Positions 49,763 through 61,205 of a stretch of 64,000 bases of DNA are shown one piece after another; position 1 is the first letter of the stretch; each line of letters begins with the position of its first letter. Position numbers and translations under genes: made by a program. The stretch lies in assembly GCF_006345805.1 (NCBI RefSeq), contig NC_043024.1:6448001-6512000 (forward strand), read 5' to 3'. A model generated the notes under the pieces. It was given only the letters and a program-made list of their open reading frames with translations. It did no database searches and was not told the DNA's origin. This DNA is from Octopus sinensis (Eukaryota).

Positions 49763-50514
49763 TTATATATATAAAACTGAGACTCTGTGTGTGTGTGTCT
49801 GTCTGTCTGTCTGTCTGTGTGTTTCCCTAAGACTTGAGAACTACACAACCAATTTCATTCAAATTTTACACATGCCTTACTTAGGGTCCATGTAGTTTCA
49901 TGGGCAAAAACAATGTTCAACTTCTTGCCTAGAGCGGGCCCATAGCAATAACATATCTTCTCCACTATTTCAGTATTACGTATTAAAAGTGAAACAAAAA
50001 TATTTCTCTATTTTATGTCAGATACTTTCACTTTAACAATAAAAATTAGAGATAATAATAACAATTGAATTATATGTAGTAAGTAATAATTAAAATCAAA
50101 CTAAAGTATAATATAATCATAACATAATAAAAGTAAAAATAGCAATTGGTATAAAATTGCAACAATGACTTGAACTTGAATAAGTGGTTTCACATGAATG
50201 GGAATAAATTAGAAATAAAATTAGTGTGCAGAAATGGAATAGTCCAGGTGGATAATAAAAAATTAAATTAAAGAAAAGACTATTGTCTATAAAGTATACA
50301 ATGTAGAGAAAAAAGAAGAGCTAACAATTCCAGTCTGTTATATATTTTGAGTATTGTTATCACTAGCGATATCAAGATATAACTTTGTATTTTGCATTTT
50401 ATGTGTAGATGTGTATATATATAGATGTACATGTAATATGTATACATATATATACACATATATACATGCACTAGCATACACTATGACCCGGCAACGACGG
50501 GTCTTTAATGCTAG
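49760..50514 (+). mobile_element. non-autonomous Helitron-like element
   Basis: 5' TCTTTATATATATAAAA followed by (GTCT)n; 3' hairpin ACCCG-GCAACGA-CGGGT (50486-50502) 8 nt before a terminal CTAG. The base after CTAG is C rather than the expected T. Confidence 0.62.
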
Positions 50515-50794
50515 CATATATATATATATAATTTATTTTATTTGCTAAAATAATCCGAAACCTAGGTATGACCGTAAATAATAACGAAGTAAAAGTTTTT
50601 ATTTTTCATTCCCTTCGAAAATTGCTCTTAAAATGTAGTTTTGACTGCTTTTTCTAGTGTGTAAAAATTACCTATTAAAGGTAGTTTTCTCTTGTATTTA
50701 AATGTACACTATTTCATATATATATATATATATAATAGAAATATTAAAATTACTAAGTCTCTCTAAAAGAGAACAATGGCAGCGTTCCCGGAAA

Positions 50795-51174
50795 ATAATA
50801 GTTATCGCCATACTAATATGGCATTCTTATAAAAATAAGAATAAAGCTGTCCGCTTATTAGCTCCATGAGGCCATCGCCTTAAGTTAGCTATTTGATACA
50901 CAAACTGTATCCATATAACCTTCGAACAAGGGAGGTCAGTCACTCCACACTACTTGACCGACAGCTACAGACGCGTTTCGGGGTATTGAAAAACGCGTCT
51001 GTAGCTGTCGATCAAGTAGTGTGGAGCGACTGACCTCCCTTGTTCGAAGGTTATATGGATACAGTTTGTGTATCAAATAGCTAACTTAAGGCGATGGCCT
51101 CATGGAGCTAATAAGCGGACAGCTTTATTCTTATTTTTATAAGAATGCCATATTAGTATGGCGATAACTATTAT
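50795..51174. mobile_element. near-perfect 380-bp palindromic (foldback) element
   Basis: 184-bp arms with 2 mismatches and a 12-nt loop (50979-50990). A diverged half-copy lies at ~24210-24372. Confidence 0.88.
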
Positions 51175-51241
51175 ATATATATATATATACACATACACAC
51201 ACACACAATGACATCACCTCACCCCACTCGCTGCTACTCAC

Positions 51242-51312
51242 CAAAGACACTGTTGTTGTAAATTTTGACATTCCGGCAAACAGGTTTCATGCCAGCAATA
51301 TAGAAACCAAAC
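51242..51312 (-). CDS. DLEC1: DLEC1-like exon (FGFYIAGMKPVCRNVKIYNNSVF)
   Basis: cag acceptor, gtgagt donor, 71 nt, phase 2/1. Resembles DLEC1 'RFGTQVSGGDTVTRTLRLNNSSPCD'. Confidence 0.87.
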
Positions 51313-51377
51313 CTGAATGAGAAAAGGAAGAACGAACCTGGCATGAGCAACAACTGAGAGTAGTAGTAGTAGTAGCG

Positions 51378-51446
<69 letters not shown>

Positions 51447-51477
51447 TAGTGGTGGTGGTGGTGGTGGTGGTGGTGTG

Positions 51478-51900
51478 GCCCATTTGGAGATAGTCAATAA
51501 ACACAATGCCTTTTGCATCCCGAAAACAAGAGGTGCCATCACCTTCCTTGCAGATGAAATGACCTTAGTCATTATTTGGTGGAGTAGTTGAGGAGGGGTG
51601 TTTCCACTGCATGGATTGTCCCTTTGTTTCTGGCTCAAAGTAATGATCCCAACCCACATCCTGAGTTGGGAAATTTTCAAGGGAACCAGCTGGACCTGCC
51701 TCAAACAATGCCCGATTTTCCCATGATGTGATCAGCCTGATACACTTTTAAATAGGTGTCAGAAGACATGGCACCCACCAAGCAGAATCCTTCATCATGC
51801 CAAGTTCCTTGTGCAGAATATTCCCAACTCTGTCACTGGATATGCTTATAGAGCATCGTCCCCTAATATAACAAGCATGTCAGCATGAATGTTGTTAGAA
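51478..51900 (-). mobile_element. mariner transposase remnant
   Basis: Frameshifted SA.KVMA.VFWDAKGIVFIDYLQ.G motif. Confidence 0.7.
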
Positions 51901-54600
51901 ACAAGAGATTTTCAAGAGATGTGGCTACTATATAGTGGTGAGCATGATCAATGTTTTTTGCTCATTGGTGACAACAGCAGGACGTCCAGACTTTGGGTCT
52001 TCTGTAAGACTCTCCTTTCCTAGATTCAGTACCCCATTTTTTGCATTGTTGATCAAGCCAGAGCATTGTCCCCTAATATAACGAGCATGTCAGCATGAAT
52101 GCTGTTGTTAACTAAACTCTGTTTTTTTTTTTTGCAGGTACTTGGTAACACCACAATGCCAAAGTTGCTTGATTTTCAAGAGAAATGGTTACTATATATT
52201 TTGAAATCATCTTTGAACAGTCAGAAGTCAGTTTACCTGGAAAGAAACAATACAGTTATTAACAAGAACGGTTGAAATGAATGCATTCAAGGTTTCACAG
52301 CTCTAGCATCACTCCTTCACAATCAACCAATGAACTTTTCAGCGCATCTTTGTGTGTATGTCTTTTATCTTTTAATTGTTTCAGTCATCAGACTATGGCC
52401 ATGCTGGAGCACTGCTTCGAAGAATTTTAAGTCAAATGAATCAGTCCCAGTATATTATATTTTCAAAATCTGGAACTTATTTTATTGGTCTCTTATGCCG
52501 AACCACTAAATTATGCAGATATAAACATACCGGCACTGGTTGTCAAGCAGCAGTGGGGGACAAACACAGACACACACATCTATACGACAGGCTTCTTTCA
52601 GTTTCCTTTTACCACATCCACTCAGAAGGCTTTGGTTGGCCTGAGGCTATAGTAGAAGACATTTGTCCAAAATACCATCAGCAGGATTGAACCCAGAAAC
52701 ATGTGATTGGGAAGCATTCCTTTAAGTGTGAGTATGACCTGCCCACCACAACAAAATTGAGATCTTAAAAACATGATGCCTCATAAAAGGCATTGGTTTG
52801 GGTGTTGGCACCACGTAAAAAGCACTTGGGACACTCTGTTGAGTGGTTGATGTTAAGAAGGAGATCCAGCAGTGGAGACCAAACCAAAACAGAATACGAA
52901 ACTTGGTGCAACCTCTGACCTTGCCAGTTCCTGTCAAACTGTCAAAATCCATGCCAGTTTAGTGGTAGCTAGATAATTGAATGATCTCCCTTGCAAGAAA
53001 GATTATAGAGTAACCTCCCTTTTCTAAGTTTCTCAAAGTATCTGTATCATGAGACGTGATTCTTAATTATTCAAGAAGTTTAGCATTTCTCTTGCAAGTT
53101 TCTAGAATGTCTAGCTTTCCATTAATAAAAACAGCTTGCTAACAACCCAGCTCTTCATTTCTTAGTTGATTAGACTTAGAGCCATTCATGTCATTGCTAT
53201 GTCCATCTATTTCTCTATGCCACATGACTGAAAACCTCCACTTAGCTGTTATTTCTACATTTCCTATCTCTGAACTTTCTTGCATAGATTACTTCATTCA
53301 ACTAGATTCTACATTTTGATTCTATGTACCATCATCAACCAGTAAATTAAATATATTTTTATGTAGTAAATATATAGATCTTGAATTTAATCTTTCATCT
53401 CTTTATGAACTATTGTTATAACATACACGCAACCACATCAACACCTTGTACTGACTATATATAACCACTACACCAGCATAGAAAATGGGCATTAAAATGT
53501 GATGATGAGGATGATGATGGTATCTGTGAGCATGCATCCTTTGTGTATGTGTGCACCTGTGATATGCAATTCTGAAGAACCCTATTCAACATGTAATATT
53601 AGAATTAACCTGAATGACACATGGACAGTAATCAATAGTTCCATATATTATCATATAATGTTTGTTCTGCATTATGATGAAACAATTGCAAACCAAAGTA
53701 GTAAAATAACTTGCTCAAGAAGGACTTAACAGAAAAGATAAAGACTACAGAATTCATTCACAGGCTGAGATGGAGACCCTATGATAAGAAAAGGGAATCT
53801 TTTTATTCTTTACACAAGTGAGTAGAGGTAGGAGTGGTAGCCAGCCTTTATAAAACCAATCTAAGGAGAATGGTAGTATGACCTAGTTCCCCAGAACTAC
53901 AACTAGCCATTGTCAGCTGTGGTTGTAGTTTATCTTCAAGCTATTTTTAGAAAGGAATCCAAACAACACACATGCTGACAAACATGAAGACATAAAAGCA
54001 TGCTGCTATCTCATTCTGTAAGCAATTCTCCATCCATTAGGATGCGAATGAATATTTGTCATTTTTTGCCCTGAAGAGATTTTTACCTTTCAAAATGCAT
54101 AATGCAATCTTAATTGCAAAATATGAATGAAGATAAGAACCTGAAATGTACATTGGCGATATGAAACTAACTATTATATAAATACACTGATTTTTACTGT
54201 GTTCAAACTCTCTATTTTCCTTATATTATATATCAGCCAAAATTGTGAGGATGATCCGGTTCTTGACTGAAGATAAAAGGCTTCAAATGACCCATCCTTG
54301 TTTATTTGTATCGTCTTTCTGGATGTCTTGTCCCTTTTTGTATCACCGGATGTTTTGTATTCTTGTCCCATTTTGTATTATATATATATATATATGAGAG
54401 GTTTTGGTATCCAGAAGACCCAAAAGGTAGGTAAGGCTATGTAAGTGCAATGGCAAGACTTTGTTAAGCTCCTGGTTCAATAATAGCATGAGTGATGAGT
54501 CAAAGGCAGGTCGTGTGTGAGCGTGTATATGTTAAATAAAATGAGATAACAAGGCCAAGGTAATGTGGTATTTCTATGGCATTTATAAATAGCATGGTGG

Positions 54601-54646
54601 TCTTACAGCTGTTTCAGGGAAATAAAAGATATTCCATCATCAGAGA
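54601..54646 (-). ncRNA. hammerhead-like motif with palindromic stem III (GAAA-CAGCTG-UA)
   Basis: Minus strand TCT-CTGATGA-tGGAAtatcttttatTTCCct-GAAA-CAGCTG-TA-AGA; stem II is imperfect. Confidence 0.42.
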
Positions 54647-54704
54647 TGAGATATAAGAGCTTGCTTTGGCCTTGTTACCTTATCTTATTTAACACACACA
54701 CATG

Positions 54705-54773
<69 letters not shown>

Positions 54774-55315
54774 TTTATATATTACTCTACCACTGGCATT
54801 TGAGTACTCTTTTTTCCACCTTGTTTTACATTTATGTGTTTACTCCGGTATATATATATATATATTTATATGCACAGACTTTTTCCATGCTGGTAGGGAT
54901 TGGAAGAGACACTGGGACAATGTTCTCTGGTCAGATGCTGCTTCTATCACCAACCTTTGTTTTTACCTGTTTTCCAAGTAACGTTTTATTGAACAGCCAA
55001 GCCTGCACCTAGAGAAACAGAGAGAAGAGGCAGCAAATGTCTGTGAGTTAGAGCTCGAAGAGCATGTGTGACTTAATGCCACCCAATCAAGTGCACATGG
55101 TGAGCAGTTAATTAGCATAATAGGGGAAATAGTTCTGTGAGCTATGCTTAGTTGGGCTGTCTCACTTTTTGCAAACGAGAGGGGTGTACTTGATCAAAGC
55201 TAACCTGGGTTCCTCAATAACATAAAAAAACCATAACAATAACATCAACATCGGTAACAATAACAACAAAAGCAACAACAAAACAGCAGCAGTAGTAACA
55301 ACATCAACAACATAC

Positions 55316-55422
55316 CGGATTTTCGGTTCCTCGTTTGATGCTGGGCCAACTATCAAGAATCGGAGAGGACTTCCCACTATGTTGAACACAACAGGTAGAC
55401 GTACAACATCCAGGTCCCCAGT
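55316..55422 (-). CDS. DLEC1: DLEC1-like exon (TGDLDVVRLPVVFNIVGSPLRFLIVGPASNEEPKI)
   Basis: Weak cag acceptor, gtatgt donor, 107 nt, phase 0/2. Resembles DLEC1 'VGDL..EVIPV...VGCPI...EPAMR'. Confidence 0.85.
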
Positions 55423-56321
55423 CTGCTTGGCCCGCACAGGGACAACAATAGTAATAACAGCAGCAGCAACAGAAACAGCACGGAAAGAAATAGGGGCAGG
55501 AAAAGAAAAACAGAAAACTGACTCAGAATAATGAAGCAATATAAGTGAAGGTAAAAGATGAAAGCCATCACACTGCAGAATTAAGATGGATGGGTGGTTG
55601 AACAGTAAGAGAATGAATATAGGAGGGAGGGGAAGGAAGGGGATGGGGAGGGAGGAAAGGAAGGAGAGAAGGGAGAAAGGGGGACAGATATATAGGTGAC
55701 AGGATGGATTAATGTATGGATTAAGAGGGGGTGATTGACCAGGTGGGTGTCTATGAATTTGTGGATTGGTAAGAATACAGGTGTCTCTCACATGCACACA
55801 CATCATCATCATCATCTCATCATCACTATGTTAATGTCCGCTTTTCCGTGCTTGCATAGGCTGGATGGTGTTTATATGGCCAGATGCCCTTCCGGTCCCC
55901 AACCCTCAACTGTTTCTAATATTACCCCATGGCCATTCACATGTTTCACAGAAAACAGAATGTGAACAACACCACTTGTATGACAGTGACGCTCATTTAC
56001 AACCAGCACACGATAAGACAGCACACACACACACACACACACGTTTATGTGTACCTGTGCCAGGCAAAAGGCACCTGTGTAGGTGTCACGTGTAAAGTAG
56101 CTGTGCTGGTGTCATATGTAATGCATTTGTGCCAGTGCCTTGTATAAAGCACCCAGCAGACTCTGTAAAGTGGTTGGTATTAGGAAGGGCATCCAGCTGT
56201 AGAAACCATGGCCAGAACAGACAACTGGAGCCTGGTGCAGCTCTGTGGCTGGCCAGCTCCTGTCAAGCCATCCAACTCATGCCAGCATGAAAAACAGATG
56301 TAAAATGATGATGATGATGAC

Positions 56322-56356
<35 letters not shown>

Positions 56357-56501
56357 ACATGTAGGAAGTAAATAGACATCTTTAATTGTCAAAATTTCTG
56401 ATCTAAGCATCTTAATATGTTTTCAGCGGTATAGAATTTACAATGTAATTATTCTTTTCCATTCCAGGTGCCATTATATTAAACATTTGCGAAGAGTAAC
56501 C

Positions 56502-56900
56502 ATGCCTTGCACAAAATATTCAGCACAACTGTCAGATTTTCAAAGAGGTCGTATTGTTGGGCAATCTGACGCTGGTCTTAGCCAGGGAAAAATTGCTGAA
56601 AATCTCCAAATTCCTCTTGCTACTTTTAATAGAATTATAGTGCAATTCAAAAGCCAAGAAAAAGAATCAACAGATTCTCGTCCCAGCTGACCTGGGCTCT
56701 CGGAAAGGAAGCTTCACTGTTTGAAGACAATTGTGGTAAACGAACCCCGTTCGAAGGCTTCTGGCATTGCAAAACAGCTAGAAGGTAGTCCAAGAACGTG
56801 TGTTAAATATCTGCATAAGTTTGAGTATTATGGACGAGCAGCTAGAAGAAGACCTCACCTTCAATCAAATAATATCAAATAAAAGATTTTGAAAAATGAA
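56502..56900 (+). mobile_element. Tc1-like transposase N-terminal (HTH) remnant
   Basis: [20 protein letters not shown]...[18 protein letters not shown] and later ...GRAARRRP, with stops; interrupted by a SINE. Confidence 0.72.
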
Positions 56901-56929
56901 AGGTGTCTATTTACTTCCTGTATGTCTCT

Positions 56930-57337
56930 CTTTCTCTCTTTTTACTCTTTTACTTGTTCCTGTCATGTGACTGTGGCCATGCTGGAGCACTGCCTTTAGT
57001 CGAGCAAATCGACCCCGGGACTTATACTTTGTAAGCCTAGTACTTATTCTATCGGTCTCTTTTGCCGAACCGCTAAGTGACGGGGACGTAAACACACCAG
57101 CATCGGTTGTCAAGCAATGCTAGGGGGACAAACACAGACACACAAACACACACACACACATATATATATGCATATATATACATATATACGACAGGCTTCT
57201 TTCAGTTTCAGTCTACCAAATCCACTCGGCCCAGGGCTATAGCAGAAGACACTTGCCCAAGATGCCACGCAGTGGGACTGAACCTGGAACCATGTGGTTG
57301 GTTAGCAAGCTACTTACCACACAGCCACTCCTGCGCC
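56930..57337 (-). mobile_element. SINE family A copy
   Basis: Match to family A; interrupts the Tc1 remnant. Confidence 0.8.
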
Positions 57338-57947
57338 TATGTCTGTGTATATATATATGAAGATGCAGCATGAAATTTCGTCAGTAAACAGGTCGTGGTT
57401 TCAAAGCAACAAAAATATTTTGACACAAATTGAATTTATATGTGGAAGTTAATCCAATGGTTTTTTGTGTGTTTCTTAAATGGCTTATAAACCACCATCC
57501 ACTGTGCAATTGTTTTTGTTTCAGCGCATGATATCAGATCAAGTCACTTGCTATGCAAGTACATCTCCATAATATGTATATATAAATATTCTTTTACGTT
57601 TTTACATGCTGCAGTCATTTGACTGCGGCCATGATGGAGCACCACCTTGAAGGGTTTTAGTCGAACAAATCAATCCCAGGACTTATTTCTTAAAGCCTAG
57701 TACTTATTCTATCAGTCTCTTTTTGCCAAACCACTAAGTTATGAGGATGTAAACACCAACACTGGTTGTCAAGTGGTGAGATGAGTTGGGGAGACAAACA
57801 GACACAAAGACATGCACACACACACACACGGTGGGCTTCTTTCAGTTTCCGTCTACCAAATCCACTCACAAGGCTTTGGTCAGCCTGATGCTATAGTAGA
57901 AAACACTTGCCCAAGGTACCACGCTGTGGGACTGAACCCGGAACCAT

Positions 57948-58176
57948 TTAACCCTTTCGTTACTGAATTTATTTTGAGATGCTCAGTGTTTCTTCCAATT
58001 ATGTTAAATATAACAAAGAATTAAGTAAAATAACATCGTTATCATTAAGCTAGAGTTAGGGACATAAATTGTGACTAAGGTTTCGTGGAAGGTTTTAATT
58101 CAGAACTTTTGAAAACCAGACATTTGTACTAAAGAGCCAGAGCCGGTTTCAGCCGGGTTGGTAACGAAAGGGTTAA
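57948..58176. mobile_element. solo copy of the same TTAA MITE family in opposite orientation, inserted into a SINE
   Basis: ttaaCCCTTTCGTTAC ... GTAACGAAAGGGttaa; the interior is the reverse complement of the 21228 unit. Confidence 0.85.
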
Positions 58177-58337
58177 GGTACAATATATGGGTTTATGTAA
58201 TCCAATGGTAATCAAAAGAAAAAGCTCCTTTAGTGGACCACATGATAAACTAATATCCAGGGATGTAATGTAGAGAGCCTTATGCAGTTGAAATCCAGAA
58301 AATCAAATCAGTGTTCATTATTTCAACATGGTTGAAG

Positions 58338-58501
58338 GCATAGGAGCGGCTGTGTGGTAAGTAGCTTACTTACGAACTACATGGTTCTGGGTTCAGTTCC
58401 ACTGCATGGCACCCTGGGCAAGTGTCTTCTACTATAGTCTTGGGCCGACCAAAGCCTTGTGAGTAGATTTGGTAGACGGAAACTGAAAGAAACCCATCGT
58501 A

Positions 58502-58556
<55 letters not shown>

Positions 58557-58752
58557 TTGTTGTGTCTGTGTTTGCCCCCCTAACAACTGATGCTGGTGTG
58601 TTTATGTCCCCGTAACTTAGCAGTTCTGCAAAAAGAGACTGATAGAATAAGTACTAGGCTTACAACGAGTAAGTCCTGGGGTTGATTTGCTCAACTAAAG
58701 GCAGAGCTCCAGCATGGCCACAGTCAAATGACTGAAACAAGTAAAAGAGTAA
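58338..58752 (+). mobile_element. SINE family A copy
   Basis: Full-length match. Further full or partial copies lie near 10200, 12890, 17005, 23596, 52375, 57600, 60993 and 62505. Confidence 0.8.
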
Positions 58753-58762
58753 GGTTGTTCCA

Positions 58763-59197
58763 TACTATTTTTTAACCCCAGGAGAACACCTTCTCCAGCT
58801 GTTTAATGACATAATACCTGTGTCCGATATATTGTGAGCAAGGGAGTGAACCCCTACCTAGTCTAGTGATTTGACAGAACCAATGGACCATCCAGATGTC
58901 AAGGTGTTTGCCCTTCCTCAGTACCGGACACCTGTCTACTTTGCTTATTGCAAGATCATCAGCTGAATGTTGTTTGTTTTTCTGTAGATTGCAAGTTAGG
59001 GTGGACGACTGCCATCTCTAGCGGACAGGTGTCCAGTACTGAGGAAGGGCAAACACCCTGACACCTGGATGGTCTACTGGTTCTGTCAAATCACTAGATG
59101 GTAGGGGTTCACTCTCTTGCTCACAATATATCGGACACAGGTATTGTGTCATTAAACAGCTGGGGGAGGTGTCTTCCTGGGGTTAAAAAAAATAGTA
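58763..59197. mobile_element. foldback element, ~174-bp inverted arms with an ~87-bp spacer
   Basis: Arms 58763-58936 and 59024-59197 are reverse complements with scattered mismatches. Confidence 0.8.
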
Positions 59198-60813
59198 GTA
59201 ACATTATTCTGTATAGAACAGCCATGTTGAATTGGCAACAAACATTACTTTCTGGTAGTTACAAGCTGCACCACTTAGAGAGATTTTAGAATTAATTGTT
59301 ATTTCATTAGGAGTATACAGAATATCAAGAAATATATATGTACATATATATATATATATATAACAAATTAAAAAGGGTGGCTTATTAGCAATTAGAAGCT
59401 AAAGGCAAAATTAAAAGAGGCTAATAAGCCACCATTTTTAATTTGTCGTTTACTCTTTTACCATTTTGGAAATCAGAACATGTTTCCAATGGTTTTTCTT
59501 ATAAGACTGACAGAGGTAGTTGAGTTTAACCCAAGGCGTTAAGAGCCGCTGATGAGGATTAATTAAGATGGTCTACATCAGAATACAAAATCACGATTCG
59601 GCTGTGTACACTGGGAACTTACCTCCCTTTGTTAGTCACTGTGTTTGTAGCTTTGAGTTAGTTTAACTCTTATCTTTAGCAAAAGCAGTGCTAGGCAGTA
59701 CCCTCTCACTTTTGTAGCCTCTACTGATTTTGCTTATGTATATATATATATATATATCATCATCATCATCATCATCGTTTAACGTCCACTTTCCATGCTA
59801 GCATGGGTTGGACGATTTGACTGAGGATTGGCGAACCAGATGGCTGCACAAGGACCAGTCTGGCAATGGTCATGCTCAAATGGTGCTTTTTATGTGCCAC
59901 CTGCACAGGAGCCAGTCCAGCGGCACTGGCAATGACCTCACTCAAATGTTTTTTCACATGCAACCAGCACAAGTGCTAGTAAGGTGACGCAGGTAACGAT
60001 CACGCCCGAATGGTGCTTTTTACGTGCCACCAGCACAGAGGCCAGTTTGTTGCTCTGGCAAGATATATGTATATGGGTTTCTCTCAGTTTCTGTCAATCA
60101 GATTCACTCATATGGCATTGGTCAGCCTTGGACTGTAGTAGAAAACACTTGCTTAAAGTGCCATAGAGTGGGACTCTGTTGAGAATTTTCCTAATCAAGA
60201 ACTTAGTCTTGTTATGATTCTGCAGCAGAATGAAAATGAGTGATACAAAAAGTGGGGTTAGAGTTGACTCCTTTGCATTAAAGAGTTCCTCACTGCCTCC
60301 AAAATGAATGTAAACAATGTTAGTATGATTCTCGTGATATCCTGCATTTCAGGACTGGCTGATCAATCCGGTTCCATGTGGTGTTGTATAAAAAGGAATT
60401 TAAGGTTTAATAATGGATTGGAACAGGCTAAAAACAATTACTTTGAATTGAATGGGGCTGGCATTTATTATTTTAATAACTGCTACACTAAACTTTTTCT
60501 GTTACATGTTAACTGCTAAACCATGAAACCTAATTAGCATAGCTAGTGGTAAGGCAATTGGCGAGATGCAGTCCATCCCCCTCCAACTCCCAGGCGACAC
60601 TTTCATGGCAGTGATAGTTTTGGGGTCTGCTGTATGAACTTATATAGTACTGAGGGTCCAAAGAGATGGGGTGACTAACTCAAGAGCTGCCCTGAGTGAC
60701 ATATTCTCATGGTGCCACTATAAAACCCATGTTTCCCCACATGCATGGTGAGTCAAATATTACACAAAGCCGATGTTTAACCCCTGACCTGGTCAAATCC
60801 ACTAAAGTCTTAC

Positions 60814-60950
60814 CTTACAGAGCAAGTTGTCTCTGTAGTTACCCCACATACTTGAAATGAGGGTGATCTTGACGATGACGTAGCTGAGTGCAGGTAGCTT
60901 ACCACTGAGTGGCTCAATTAGTAAACCAGCTCCGTTGATCTGTGTTGGAT
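60814..60950 (-). CDS. DLEC1: DLEC1-like exon (PTQINGAGLLIEPLSGKLPALSYVIVKITLISSMWGNYRDNLLCK)
   Basis: Strong acceptor, gtaaga donor, 137 nt. 'MWGNYRDNLLC' resembles DLEC1 'NMWGEYWDNLIC'. Confidence 0.9.
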
Positions 60951-61162
60951 CTGGCAGTAAAAAAAAAAAAGAAAGAATAAAAAAAATATAGGCACAGGTG
61001 TGGCTGTGTGGTAAGAAGTTTGCTTCTTAATTACATGGTTCTGGGTTCAATCCTACTGCATTGCACCTTGGGTAGGTAGGTGTCTTCTACTATAGCCTCA
61101 GGTTGACCAAAGCCTTGTGAGTGGATTTGGTAGATGGAAACTGAAAGAAGCCCACCGTGTGT

Positions 61163-61205
<43 letters not shown>

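Noticed and set aside
59620-59672. Possible DLEC1 exon with a gtaagt donor
   Set aside because: There are stops in all frames from the nearest acceptor, and exons 60814 and 55316 already join in frame.
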